Source: Candidatus Caenarcanales bacterium
GTDB lineage: Bacteria; Cyanobacteriota; Vampirovibrionia; 2-02-FULL-35-15
NCBI GenBank assembly: GCA_020050435.1
Contig: JAGVKQ010000010.1
Span: 55,355 to 119,354, forward strand
Length of the DNA stretch: 64,000 bases
Reading direction: 5' to 3'
The position numbers and the translations under genes are program-made. The notes below the pieces were generated by a model. The model was not told the DNA's origin. It was given only the letters and a program-made list of their open reading frames with translations, and did no database searches. Of the stretch, positions 9,242 through 20,212 are shown piece after piece (the stretch's first letter is position 1; every line of letters starts with the position of its first letter).

Positions 9242-10771
9242 TTACTTATAAAAAATCAACAATGCATTAGATACTTTTCTCTCATGATGTTCACTCAATG
9301 TATTAATGATTTGTCCATCTGCGACTAGAGTGGTAGAGCCGCCCCCATCCAGGTTAATAGCATCTTTTAAATCAAGTTTTTTTAAAATCCTAGCGAGTTC
9401 TTGGAAAGTTACACCTACAGAGTAGCCATTATGTCTACCATCTACAGCAATTAAAAACAATTTTTTATTTTTTCCAATTCCAATTGCACTCCTTGGAGCA
9501 TACGTATCTTTACTACCAAACTTAAATTTTTGTGCAGACTCATCTACAAATATCTCCCCACCTTTTATAAGATAGGGACCACCACTTACTGCTTCAGTAA
9601 CATTAGCCCATCCGGAAGGATTATTTACCCAGTCTACTCTTAAACAATCCTTTCTTTTCAACTTGTCAAAATGATAAACATCACTGGAAAGCAGTACGTA
9701 ACCATCTTCTGGTACCTCGATCTTTCCACCATCAATTTTTTTTATACAACCTTCTTTAATTATGAAAGCATCCTTATGTTTAGGAATCCTAAGTTCAGTA
9801 TCAAAATCAGTAGTAAAGTAGCCAACTTTTTTATAAAGCCCAAAAGGTGTATTTAAACCATCAATTTCAAACATTGAAACAACTTTTTTTCGAAATCCTC
9901 TTATCACAGTAACATTGCCTGTGAGCATAGCTTTGTCTATAAAGACTTTCTTATCTTCTGTGAAACCGATTGCAACCCTATCATAAATGGGACCTGTAAC
10001 CCATACCCCATCAGTAATTAAAGCTCCTAAAGGATTTCCGGCTTTTACATCAAAAAAATTAGCATTAATTCCAGCGAAAGCTTTTTCATCCTTTACCAAA
10101 GTAGTTAAAGCCTGCTTAGCTTTAATTCTTTGTTTGTTTGGCATTCCAACTTTTACTGAAATATTTTCATTTTCAAGATCAATTTCTAAAGCATTTGCAA
10201 CAATTGGACCTCTTTCAACTTCGGCTCTAATAAAATGTTTAGTAATACCTGGTTTTAATGAAGATGACTCTTTAATAAAATAATTTCTTGGGAATTCTAA
10301 AACCAAAAGATTTTTATAGTTTACCCTTTTGAAATTCCCAGGACTAAAATGCTTTCTTTTAATCTCAAAGCTAGTGGTCTTTCCATTTGTAATCCAGCTT
10401 ATACTAGTTAAAAATGCATTTCCTTCCTCTGGTACTATTTCATATCGAACCTGACCATTTGAATCGGTCTTTTTAATTTTTGTATGGGCAGGTTTCAAAC
10501 CAGCCCCTTCTTCTGTTGGCTCCTCAAAAGGAGTATCTAAATCAAAAGTGACAGTTTCAAGGGTGCTCATTAATGAAGGGGCTTTATCTGTGTATTTGGA
10601 AAGTTCAATAAATAATTGAGATTTGTCTCTGTCTTGAGAAATATCTACATTGATAATTTTAAGAGGAATTTTTTCTTCACTCTCTGCATCTTGAAAGGTA
10701 AACCTCATATCATCCAAAGCAAAAGCAGGGGGTGAAGATAAAAGAATAAAAAGAAAAAATAAAACTATCAT
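9242..10771 (-). CDS. Secreted phosphodiester glycosidase-family (DUF2233/NAGPA-like) protein
   Basis: N-terminal signal peptide. The C-terminal ...PRSAIGI...LIAVDGR...GVTFQELA...AINLDGGGSTTL is typical of phosphodiester glycosidase domains. Confidence 0.55.
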   Translation of the reverse strand: MIVLFFLFILLSSPPAFALDDMRFTFQDAESEEKIPLKIINVDISQDRDKSQLFIELSKYTDKAPSLMSTLETVTFDLDTPFEEPTEEGAGLKPAHTKIKKTDSNGQVRYEIVPEEGNAFLTSISWITNGKTTSFEIKRKHFSPGNFKRVNYKNLLVLEFPRNYFIKESSSLKPGITKHFIRAEVERGPIVANALEIDLENENISVKVGMPNKQRIKAKQALTTLVKDEKAFAGINANFFDVKAGNPLGALITDGVWVTGPIYDRVAIGFTEDKKVFIDKAMLTGNVTVIRGFRKKVVSMFEIDGLNTPFGLYKKVGYFTTDFDTELRIPKHKDAFIIKEGCIKKIDGGKIEVPEDGYVLLSSDVYHFDKLKRKDCLRVDWVNNPSGWANVTEAVSGGPYLIKGGEIFVDESAQKFKFGSKDTYAPRSAIGIGKNKKLFLIAVDGRHNGYSVGVTFQELARILKKLDLKDAINLDGGGSTTLVADGQIINTLSEHHERKVSNALLIFYK

Positions 10772-12051
10772 CAGTCCTTATAAACTACTTTACCTGAGAC
10801 TATGGTATAAACTGCTTTACCTTTTAAGTCTCTCTTATGGAATGGTGTGTTCCTTGATTTTGAGAATGATTTACTACTGTCGAATTTCCATGTCTTTTCT
10901 GGATCAATAATAGTGATATCAGCAATGTCACCTATAGAAATAGATCCTCTTGGAATACCCATAACTTTTGCAGGATTAGTTGTAAGTCTTTTTATAAACT
11001 CAATTGGTGTCAACTTTCCACTGTGATAAAAAATCTCCATATAAAGTGGTATGGCTGTCTCAAAACCAATAATTCCAAATGGAGCCTCCATCATTGATCT
11101 TGATTTTTCTTCATTAGTGTGAGGTGCATGATCAGTAGCAAATGTATCTAAAGTTCCATCTACAACACCTTCAATCAAAGACTTTCTGTCTTCTTCAGAT
11201 CTAAGTGGCGGATTCATTTTTTTATTTGGATTATAGTCCTGTAAACATTCATCAGTAAGAACTATATGATGAGGAGTGACTTCAGCAGTGATGTTTAAAC
11301 CTTCTTGTTTTGCAGCTTTTATTAATTTAACGGCTTCTTTTGTGCTGATGTGAGCAAAATGAATTTTTCCTTTTGTTTGTCTGACAAGCTCAATTTCTCT
11401 GCTTACACAAACTGCTTCACTCGATGAAGGAATACCAGGAATACCTAGTTTATAAGACCAAAAACCTTCATGAACAGCTCCACCACAACATAGAACTGAA
11501 TCTTCTGCATGGCTTACAATGTTGGCATCAAGCATCTTTGCATATTCAAGAGCATGTCTTAAAAGTTTTAAATTTTCAATAGGTCTCCCGTCATCTGAAA
11601 ATCCAATTGCTCCTGCAGATTTCAATTCTTCTAAAGGAGAAAGTTCTTCCTGTTTAAGTCCTTTGCTTACAGAAGCAATCTGAAAAATATTTACACAACC
11701 GATTTTTTCATTTGTTTTTTGAACATATTCAATTAATGCAGCATTATCAATTACTGGTTTTGTATTTGCCATGGGACATATACTGGTAAAACCACCAGCA
11801 GCAGCAGCTTTTGTTCCACTTTCAATGGTTTCTTTTTCTGGGAATCCAGGGTCTCTTAAATGACAATGTATATCAAGTAAACCCGGGACTACCCATTTAC
11901 CATTGGCATCAATTGTTTCAGTAGAATCACTAACCTTTATTTCTTTTTTTAGATCAACAATTTTTCCATTTTCAATAAGAACATCTAAATTTTCATCAGT
12001 ATTAGTTTTGGGATTTATATATCTACCGTTTTTTATGAGGAGTTTAGCCAT
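10771..12051 (-). CDS. pyrC: Dihydroorotase
   Basis: DIHCHLRDPG metal-binding HxH motif, ...HISTKE..., and TDHAPH near the C-terminal third. Length 426 aa. Confidence 0.85.
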   Translation of the reverse strand: MAKLLIKNGRYINPKTNTDENLDVLIENGKIVDLKKEIKVSDSTETIDANGKWVVPGLLDIHCHLRDPGFPEKETIESGTKAAAAGGFTSICPMANTKPVIDNAALIEYVQKTNEKIGCVNIFQIASVSKGLKQEELSPLEELKSAGAIGFSDDGRPIENLKLLRHALEYAKMLDANIVSHAEDSVLCCGGAVHEGFWSYKLGIPGIPSSSEAVCVSREIELVRQTKGKIHFAHISTKEAVKLIKAAKQEGLNITAEVTPHHIVLTDECLQDYNPNKKMNPPLRSEEDRKSLIEGVVDGTLDTFATDHAPHTNEEKSRSMMEAPFGIIGFETAIPLYMEIFYHSGKLTPIEFIKRLTTNPAKVMGIPRGSISIGDIADITIIDPEKTWKFDSSKSFSKSRNTPFHKRDLKGKAVYTIVSGKVVYKD

Positions 12052-12099
12052 AATTTATTAAATATTATCATGTTAAACAATTTCCAGAAGGTACAATAA

Positions 12100-13266
<1,167 letters not shown>

Positions 13267-13274
13267 TAAATATA

Positions 13275-14681
13275 ATGAAATATAAAATTTTACTTATTAT
13301 TTTTATTGCTCAATATTTATTTTTCCCATTGAATACTTTTGCACAAATTAGTGAAAATAAAATCACTTCTATTTCTTTTGAAAATAATGCTTTAACAATT
13401 AATACTTTAGGTAAAATTACGTATACAGAGTCCAGATTGAAAGATCCAGATAGGCTTGTATTGGATATATTAAATTGTTCTTTAGAAAGTGAGAGTCTGC
13501 AAAGAGATTTCAGAAGCCCTCTTGATGAAAATGTCTCTGTTGCTGAGATAGCTAAAGGGCATGTTCGAATTTTGTTTTTTGGTAGAGCGTCTATAAATAG
13601 AAAATCTTTTCTCTCAAATAATGACAGAACTCTTGTAACAAAAATTGCAAGAATAGATGCCGAACCAGATAAATCAGATGAGAATAATCAGCAAACATCT
13701 CTAGAGAGAGAACTCCCCGGAAAACTCAAAGATATATTGATAGAGCATAAGAGTGATGAGAGTGAAATCCAAATTACTACATCTAAATCAACGAAATTTA
13801 ACACTTATTTTTTAAAGAATCCAGACAGGTATGCTATTGATCTCTTAAATGTTTCCCCACCAGAGAAGCCTCTTCCACAATTTAGCTCAACTCCACTTAT
13901 TTCAGGGCTTAGAGTTGGGAGAGCTGCGAATGGGGTTGATGCCACAAGGGTTGTAATTGATTTATCCAAACCAGATCTTGAATGTAATGTTAGCTCTACG
14001 TTGATAGGGAATAAAATAAAAATAAAAGTTAAAGCAAAAAAACAAAAAGAAGGAAGCGCTAAGAGTTCAAATATAAAAGTAGTTATTGATCCCGGGCATG
14101 GTGGATATGATACGGGAGCTCAATATGGTGGTTTTGATGAAAAAGATATTACTCTAAGTATTTCAATGAAATTAAAAAAAGAATTAGAAAGTAGAGGGGT
14201 AAAAGTTTTTATAACAAGAGAGGAAGATAGCTTTTTATCTCTGGCTGAAAGAGTGGATATTACAAACAGTGTTAAACCTCATGTCTTTGTAAGTGTTCAT
14301 GCTAATGCCATGAAATCAACAAGAACAATTAGAGGGGTAGAAACTTATTACTGGACAAAGGGCAGTCAAAAGCTAGCTTATTACATACATAAGAGTATTT
14401 TAAATGATATAAACATTCCTGATCATTTTATTAGAAGAGCACAATTTTTTGTAATAAAACACACTTCTGTTCCTGCAGTTTTATGTGAACTTGCATTTCT
14501 AAGTAATCACGATGATAGGAAGCTTTTAACATCTTCAGCAATGCAAGAAAATTATGCAAAAGCAGTTACTGATGGTATTTTAAAGTTCTTAGATATTGAT
14601 ACAAGACCGATAGAAATAAAGAAACCTGTGCCAGAAAAAGAAGCTCCTAAGAAAAAAGAGGATAAGAAATCTAAGGTTTAA
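13275..14681 (+). CDS. N-acetylmuramoyl-L-alanine amidase with N-terminal AMIN-like domains
   Basis: Signal peptide, two repeated beta-rich modules (DRLVLDILN / DRYAIDLLN), and an Amidase_3 core (IDPGHGGYDTGA ... SVHANA). Confidence 0.8.
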   Translation: MKYKILLIIFIAQYLFFPLNTFAQISENKITSISFENNALTINTLGKITYTESRLKDPDRLVLDILNCSLESESLQRDFRSPLDENVSVAEIAKGHVRILFFGRASINRKSFLSNNDRTLVTKIARIDAEPDKSDENNQQTSLERELPGKLKDILIEHKSDESEIQITTSKSTKFNTYFLKNPDRYAIDLLNVSPPEKPLPQFSSTPLISGLRVGRAANGVDATRVVIDLSKPDLECNVSSTLIGNKIKIKVKAKKQKEGSAKSSNIKVVIDPGHGGYDTGAQYGGFDEKDITLSISMKLKKELESRGVKVFITREEDSFLSLAERVDITNSVKPHVFVSVHANAMKSTRTIRGVETYYWTKGSQKLAYYIHKSILNDINIPDHFIRRAQFFVIKHTSVPAVLCELAFLSNHDDRKLLTSSAMQENYAKAVTDGILKFLDIDTRPIEIKKPVPEKEAPKKKEDKKSKV

Positions 14682-14682
14682 T

Positions 14683-15459
14683 ATGAATTCAAATGCACCT
14701 ATTTGTTTGTTTGACTCAGGAATCGGTGGCTTAACCGTTTTAAAAAAACTAGCTAATGCATTTCCAAATGAAAATTATATTTATTTAGCTGATTTAGCTA
14801 GAGTACCTTTCGGGGATAAATCTAAAGAGGAATTAACAAATATAGTAAATGAAATAGTTTCATGGCTAGAGAAGTTTAATCCTAAAGCCATTATTACTGC
14901 CTGTAACACCAGTGCGGCTTTGCTGGCTGATCAACAATCCTCCTTAGTTAGCATAATAGATCCAGTGGCAAAAGAAATAGCTTTATCTGAATATAAAGAG
15001 GTGACTGTATGGGCTACGAAGTTTACCATTGAAAATAGTGCTTACAAAAAAGCTATAAATAAAATAAACCCAAATGTAAAAGTTCAGGAAATATCATGTC
15101 CTAAACTAGTACCTGTAATAGAAAATCTAGAGTGCTCAATAGAAGAAAAAATAAAAATTATAAATGAATATATGGATCAAATCTCACCTTCTTCGGATGC
15201 TCTTATTTACGGCTGTACACACTACCCACATATAGATGAAATGGTAAAGAAATTAAGAAATATCAAAACAATAGATCCAGCGGATGCTGTGGTGAAAGAA
15301 ATCTTTAGTAGAGACGTTGCGCGCAACGTCTCTACAGATAGAACCCCTTCCATTTCTCTCTACACAACAGCCCATAAAGAAAAACTAGAAAAATTCTCAA
15401 AATTATATTTATGTGGTGATTATAAGGTGGAGTTGGTTACGTTAAAAGCTTTAGTTTGA
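14683..15459 (+). CDS. murI: Glutamate racemase
   Basis: FDSGIGGLTV, ACNTS and GCTHYP catalytic-Cys motifs. It contains a 28-bp perfect palindrome in frame (see findings). Confidence 0.85.
   Translation: MNSNAPICLFDSGIGGLTVLKKLANAFPNENYIYLADLARVPFGDKSKEELTNIVNEIVSWLEKFNPKAIITACNTSAALLADQQSSLVSIIDPVAKEIALSEYKEVTVWATKFTIENSAYKKAINKINPNVKVQEISCPKLVPVIENLECSIEEKIKIINEYMDQISPSSDALIYGCTHYPHIDEMVKKLRNIKTIDPADAVVKEIFSRDVARNVSTDRTPSISLYTTAHKEKLEKFSKLYLCGDYKVELVTLKALV
15308..15335. repeat. Perfect 28-bp palindrome GTAGAGACGTTGCGCGCAACGTCTCTAC inside murI
   Basis: Read directly. It is translated in frame as ...SRDVARNVSTD... Confidence 0.85.
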
Positions 15460-16236
15460 TTTAAATGACTTCGCAAAACTCTTCAATTTACCCATAGAAT
15501 TACCATTTGAGCTTTCTAATAACTTAATAATGGCACTTCCTACTACCACCCCATCAGCACCCATTTTTAAAACTTCTTTTGCCTGAGTCGCATTGCTAAT
15601 ACCAAAACCTACTGCAATAGGAATATCTGAGAAAGATTTAATTTCTTTTATTTTGCTTTTTAAACTACTGGAAAGCTTTTTCCTAACTCCAGTAGTCCCT
15701 GTGACTGACACAAGATAAATAAAGCCTCCATTGTGAGGCATGCCATGGCATGCCTTTACGATTTTACTTACCTTATTTTTATTTGTGTTAGGAGCGATTA
15801 ACAAAATTAAATTTAATTTATATTTTTTAAATAATGGTAGATATTTTTCTGCTTCTTCTAAAGGCAAATCAGGAATAAGTACCCCATAAAAAAGTGGTTT
15901 AGGTAAATCTTTTAATAATTTTTCTAATCCATAGTTTAGGACAGGGTTTAGGTAAGTGAAAAGGATTAGCGGTTTGATTTGTTGAGACGTTGTATACAAC
16001 GTCTGTACGCTGCGTAAAGTTTGCACTATCCATTTAAGCGATACCCCATTTTCCAGAGCAGCTTTAGAGGACATTTGTATAGTAGGCCCATCAGCTAGAG
16101 GATCAGAATGAGGCACACCTACTTCTATAAAATCAGCACCATTTTCAGATAGTGTTTTTAAGATAGGTAAAAATAGCTTTTTAGAAGGAAAACCTGCTGT
16201 TATATATGGGATAAATAGTTTTTTTGATTTAGTCAC
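15451..16236 (-). CDS. trpA: Tryptophan synthase alpha chain
   Basis: YITAGFP, IEVGVPHSDPLADGPTIQ and GFGIS motifs. No trpB is adjacent. Confidence 0.85.
   Translation of the reverse strand: MTKSKKLFIPYITAGFPSKKLFLPILKTLSENGADFIEVGVPHSDPLADGPTIQMSSKAALENGVSLKWIVQTLRSVQTLYTTSQQIKPLILFTYLNPVLNYGLEKLLKDLPKPLFYGVLIPDLPLEEAEKYLPLFKKYKLNLILLIAPNTNKNKVSKIVKACHGMPHNGGFIYLVSVTGTTGVRKKLSSSLKSKIKEIKSFSDIPIAVGFGISNATQAKEVLKMGADGVVVGSAIIKLLESSNGNSMGKLKSFAKSFKSN
15985..16016. repeat. 20-bp palindrome AGACGTTGTATACAACGTCT plus adjacent TACGCTGCGTA hairpin inside trpA
   Basis: Read directly. It is translated on the minus strand as ...LRSVQTLYTTSQQ... Confidence 0.85.
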
Positions 16237-16276
16237 AGGATTATTATAACTTGTAAATAGGTGTAAAATATATTAA

Positions 16277-17017
16277 ATGATTGATAAAGAAAAAATCAAA
16301 GATGCTAAAAAGAAAAAAGATGGTTGGTGGGCATCCTTGTTTAGTGGACCAGCTGCGAATTTACTTTTACCTTACGTCGCTGAAGTTAAATGGATTACTC
16401 CAAATTGTGTAACTACTTCTTCTTTGTTTCTTTGCTTCATTGCTGCAGCATTTATTGCTACCGGAGTTTCTAGTTTTTTAATAATAGGAGCCATTTTAGT
16501 TCAACTTGTTTTTATTTTAGATTGTTTGGATGGACAATTAGCACGATATCGCAAAGCCGGTACTAATTTTGGTGCTTGGTATGACAGAGTTACAGATAGA
16601 GTTAAAGATTTTTGTATTTATTTTTCAATTGCATTAGGGCACTATAAAGTCTATGAAGATTGGCTTATATGGCCACTAGCCATGGGAGCATTATTTTTTG
16701 TTTATCTTTTTGATTACTATGTAAATCAAGATGTGAAATTGCTGCCAAGAGAAGAAAATTCTGTTGAAGGTAATCCCAAGAGTTCGCAAACCACCAATAA
16801 AAAAGCATTATTAAACAAGATGTTTTCACTGGGTTCTACAGTCTATAAATCTTGTCCATTACTTCAATTTCATATAGGTGAACAATATTTTTTAATTTCA
16901 TTTTTCTTATTGTTCAATCAAACAAGATTGTTTTTATATATGGTTATAATGCTTGGTTTCTTTTATGCTTTTTATTGGCCTTTAGCCCAGTACTATGGAA
17001 AAAAGCCCAATGCTTAA
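16277..17017 (+). CDS. CDP-alcohol phosphatidyltransferase family membrane protein
   Basis: DxxDGxxARx8Gx3Dx3D signature (DCLDGQLARYRKAGTNFGAWYDRVTD) and several TM helices. Confidence 0.65.
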   Translation: MIDKEKIKDAKKKKDGWWASLFSGPAANLLLPYVAEVKWITPNCVTTSSLFLCFIAAAFIATGVSSFLIIGAILVQLVFILDCLDGQLARYRKAGTNFGAWYDRVTDRVKDFCIYFSIALGHYKVYEDWLIWPLAMGALFFVYLFDYYVNQDVKLLPREENSVEGNPKSSQTTNKKALLNKMFSLGSTVYKSCPLLQFHIGEQYFLISFFLLFNQTRLFLYMVIMLGFFYAFYWPLAQYYGKKPNA

Positions 17018-17109
17018 TATGTATTATTAGAGAAATTTAATATAAAAAATAAGCTAAATACCTTTTTTAATAGTAGAAATTTAGATTAGAATTAGTTTTC
17101 TTAAAAATT

Positions 17110-17475
17110 ATGATAGCAGTAAATTCAATCTATTTAAGTACAGTTACTCCAAGGGCAGTGCGCCAACAATTACTTGCCTTTGAACATGAGGCTGAAATTC
17201 AAGCTATTAGAGCTTTAGGAGTTAAGCCAAGCACTTCTTCATTATTTGCTTTAAGAAGCTATTTAAAGGGTGCATTTTACCCAGAAGTAAAAATAGAAGC
17301 AATTAAGCAAATAGGTGAAATCTTATTGAATCATGGTGGAGAAATCTCTACATTTGATTATGGGTTATCAATAGCAGCTTTAAAACTATTAGTTCATCAG
17401 AATGAGAGAGTCCCTGTTATTAGAGCGGCAGCTGTTGAATTAAATAAGTTAGGTGCTGAAATTGAATTTAAATAG
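17110..17475 (+). CDS. Small HEAT/PBS-lyase-like repeat protein (tentative)
   Basis: Two helical repeats with the pattern EVKIEAIKQIGEI / PVIRAAAVELNKLG. Weak similarity only. Confidence 0.3.
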   Translation: MIAVNSIYLSTVTPRAVRQQLLAFEHEAEIQAIRALGVKPSTSSLFALRSYLKGAFYPEVKIEAIKQIGEILLNHGGEISTFDYGLSIAALKLLVHQNERVPVIRAAAVELNKLGAEIEFK

Positions 17476-17842
17476 ATTGACCAAGCTTAATACCAATAGT
17501 AAAAACCAAAAATCCTACTATTACACTTAAAAGTATATTTATAAATGCTCTTAAAGTATCTCCATCTTTAATGAGGTTATAGCTTTCATAAATAAAGGTA
17601 GAAAATGTAGTGAATGCCCCACAAAAACCTACCATGAAAAGTAATCTGAGATTGGCGTTTAAGACTATTTTTTCATCCATGAAGCTGGCAAAAAATCCTA
17701 CTAAAAAACAACCTAAAATATTTACGGCAAAAGTACCATAAGGAAAAGTAGTACCAAGTACTCTATAAATCCCCCCAGAAATAAGATATCTGGCTAATGT
17801 GCCAAGAATTCCACCGAGAACTAAATTTAGTATTTGAATCAT
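17468..17842 (-). CDS. crcB: Fluoride ion channel CrcB/FluC
   Basis: 124 aa with four TM helices. GGxLGTLARY and GFCGAFTTFSTF motifs are characteristic of CrcB. Confidence 0.85.
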   Translation of the reverse strand: MIQILNLVLGGILGTLARYLISGGIYRVLGTTFPYGTFAVNILGCFLVGFFASFMDEKIVLNANLRLLFMVGFCGAFTTFSTFIYESYNLIKDGDTLRAFINILLSVIVGFLVFTIGIKLGQSI

Positions 17843-17843
17843 A

Positions 17844-18860
17844 TTATGCCTTTGGATCTAAAACATCTCTTACTTTATCACCCACTAAGTTAAAACAAAG
17901 CACTGATATGAAAATGCATGAAGCTGGAATTAAAAGTAACCATGGTCTGACAATCATATTTGATAATTCTTTCCCATCAGCTAAGATGTTTCCCCAGCTA
18001 GGGTCTGGCTGTGTAATTCCTAATCCTAAAAAGCTAAGTGCACTTTCACCTATTATAAAGCCAGGAATAGATAGTGTGGCTGCAATGATTATGTAACTGG
18101 TCGTTTGTGGAAGTATATGTTTAACAATAATTTTTAAGTCATTCATGCCTATTGCTTTTGCTGATTGTACAAACTCTTCTTCTTTAATAGCAAGAACCTG
18201 ACCGCGAATGACTCTGCTGAGCCCAGCCCAGCTTACAAAGGATAAAATAACTGTAATAAGTAAAAATCGCTGCGAGTTAGAAATGTTTGCTGGAAGAATG
18301 CTAGCTAATACAACAATTAAATAAAAGTAAGGAAGGCTCATCATTGCTTCAGCTATTCTCATCATAAAGTTATCTATAGAGCCGCCAAAATAACCAGATA
18401 TTCCTCCATAAATTAATCCAAGTGGAAAAACGATTAAAAGGCCGATAAATCCTATGGTTAAGCTAGGTCTGCCGCCATGTAGTATTCTCGAAAAAATATC
18501 TCTGCCATTTTTATCTGTCCCAAAAATATATATTCTTTGCCCTTCATCAGTACCAAATAAATGAAAATCACTGGTGAAAAATCTTATGTAATATTTTTTT
18601 GATTTATCCTCGATAATCTTTTTAGTGAATGTGTTTTCATCAAAGGTGTAAGAGCTTTTGTAAATAAAAGGGAAGTCTAATTTCCCGTCTTCAAAAATAT
18701 AAATTTTAGATGGTGGCATATAGCTGGATTTTGGATCTCTGGCATTAGGGTTATATGGAGATATAAAGTCACAGAAAGAAATTGAAAGATATAAAATAAC
18801 CAATAAAGATAAACTTATTCTTGTAATTGGATCTTTTAAGATAGCTTGTAATATATTCAT
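17844..18860 (-). CDS. ABC transporter permease, OppC/DppC type
   Basis: BPD_transp_1 EAA-type loop (...AKAIGMNDLKIIVKHILP...) and an N-terminal OppC-like segment. It lies directly downstream of the OppB-type gene. Confidence 0.8.
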   Translation of the reverse strand: MNILQAILKDPITRISLSLLVILYLSISFCDFISPYNPNARDPKSSYMPPSKIYIFEDGKLDFPFIYKSSYTFDENTFTKKIIEDKSKKYYIRFFTSDFHLFGTDEGQRIYIFGTDKNGRDIFSRILHGGRPSLTIGFIGLLIVFPLGLIYGGISGYFGGSIDNFMMRIAEAMMSLPYFYLIVVLASILPANISNSQRFLLITVILSFVSWAGLSRVIRGQVLAIKEEEFVQSAKAIGMNDLKIIVKHILPQTTSYIIIAATLSIPGFIIGESALSFLGLGITQPDPSWGNILADGKELSNMIVRPWLLLIPASCIFISVLCFNLVGDKVRDVLDPKA

Positions 18861-18863
18861 AGT

Positions 18864-20180
18864 TTAATTAAATTGAATCCTTGGGTCAGATACTTTAAGT
18901 AAAATATCAGCTATTAAATTTCCTGCAATAAGCATAATTGCTCCAAGCATTAAAGATGTCATGGTCAGGTTTACATCAAGCTTTCTGGCAGCTTCTAGTG
19001 TTAATGCTCCTAACCCAGGGTAAGAAAGAACAGTTTCAGTAAGAGCTGCTCCACTAAGAAGAGAGGCAAACTCAAATCCAAAAATTGTAATCAATGGATT
19101 TATTGCATTTCTAAGTGCATGTTTATAAATCACTTTATCTTCTGGTAAGCCTTTAGCAATCGCTGTTTTAATGTAGTCTTGTTTTAAGACATCGAGAAGA
19201 TTGGCTCTCATTTGTCTTTGAAGTCCAGCCAGGGAAATGATAGTTAGAATAACCGTCGGTAAAATTAAATGCTTGATAATATCTAAAATCTTTTCAAAGA
19301 AGTTAAGATCATAAAAATAAACACTTGTTAATCCACCCACAGGGATAATTTGTGTATTCAATGCAAAAAGCAATCCAAGAATAGCTAATACAAAAGTAGG
19401 TACTGACATTCCGCAAGAAGTAAAAATAGCTAAGGATTTATCAATTAATTTGTCTTTGTTAATTGCTGCCCAGATTCCTAAGGGGATTGCAATTAACCAA
19501 GTAAAAAATAATGTACAAAGGCTAAGAAGCAAAGTATTCAATATAGGTCTTTTCATTACTTCTGCAACAGATTGGTTTTGTTGTGTTATACCTAAGTCTC
19601 CGTGAAAAATACCCTTTACCCAGAGTAAATATTGAATATGCCAAGGCTCTTTCAATCCAAGTCTTTTTTCTTCTTTATCTAAAACCTCTTTGCTTATTGA
19701 AGGATTAAATCTTAATTCTGCTAAAGGGTCACCTGTTTTTAAGACAATTTCTTTAATGGGAAAATTTAATGGAAGATTGTTTGCTGTAAAAGTAGAAAAA
19801 GTAATGAGGGAGATTAAAACAATGATTTGTGGGGTGTAACTGGATTTGCTTATAAAAGACTGCAACCAATAAACTCCCATTAGTGCAAAAATAAAGAGAA
19901 AGTTTAAGAGAAAGCCAAAAGGCAATATTAGAAACCCAGCCAATGAAAATGAAAATATTAAGATTGAAAAAAGAGAAGTAACTCCGAGGAAATACCAATT
20001 TTTAACTTTTAAAAGAAAATAAAACAAAATCATGGCAATTATAGGAAAAATGAAAAGACTCAGATTTATATTTTTAATTGTGATGTTCAGTCTTATAATG
20101 GCAAAGCTAATTACTGATACTATTAAAAGCAGGGGTATTGAAGCTAAAAATCTTTTTAGAATATAAGATCCTGTACCCAT
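18864..20180 (-). CDS. ABC transporter permease, OppB/DppB type, with about 117-aa hydrophobic insertion after TM1
   Basis: Classic OppB N-terminus (YILKRFLASIPLLLIVSVISFAIIRL) and core (YIKTAIAKGLPEDKVIYKHALRNA). An extra multi-TM block sits before the GDP motif. Confidence 0.75.
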   Translation of the reverse strand: MGTGSYILKRFLASIPLLLIVSVISFAIIRLNITIKNINLSLFIFPIIAMILFYFLLKVKNWYFLGVTSLFSILIFSFSLAGFLILPFGFLLNFLFIFALMGVYWLQSFISKSSYTPQIIVLISLITFSTFTANNLPLNFPIKEIVLKTGDPLAELRFNPSISKEVLDKEEKRLGLKEPWHIQYLLWVKGIFHGDLGITQQNQSVAEVMKRPILNTLLLSLCTLFFTWLIAIPLGIWAAINKDKLIDKSLAIFTSCGMSVPTFVLAILGLLFALNTQIIPVGGLTSVYFYDLNFFEKILDIIKHLILPTVILTIISLAGLQRQMRANLLDVLKQDYIKTAIAKGLPEDKVIYKHALRNAINPLITIFGFEFASLLSGAALTETVLSYPGLGALTLEAARKLDVNLTMTSLMLGAIMLIAGNLIADILLKVSDPRIQFN

Positions 20181-20212
20181 GAATCTATTATAATAGAAAT
20201 TATTGAGAAATT

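Noticed and set aside
17843-17900. Possible fluoride riboswitch upstream of crcB.
   Set aside because: The crcB start is 2 nt downstream of the OppC-type permease stop, so there is no leader region to hold a riboswitch.
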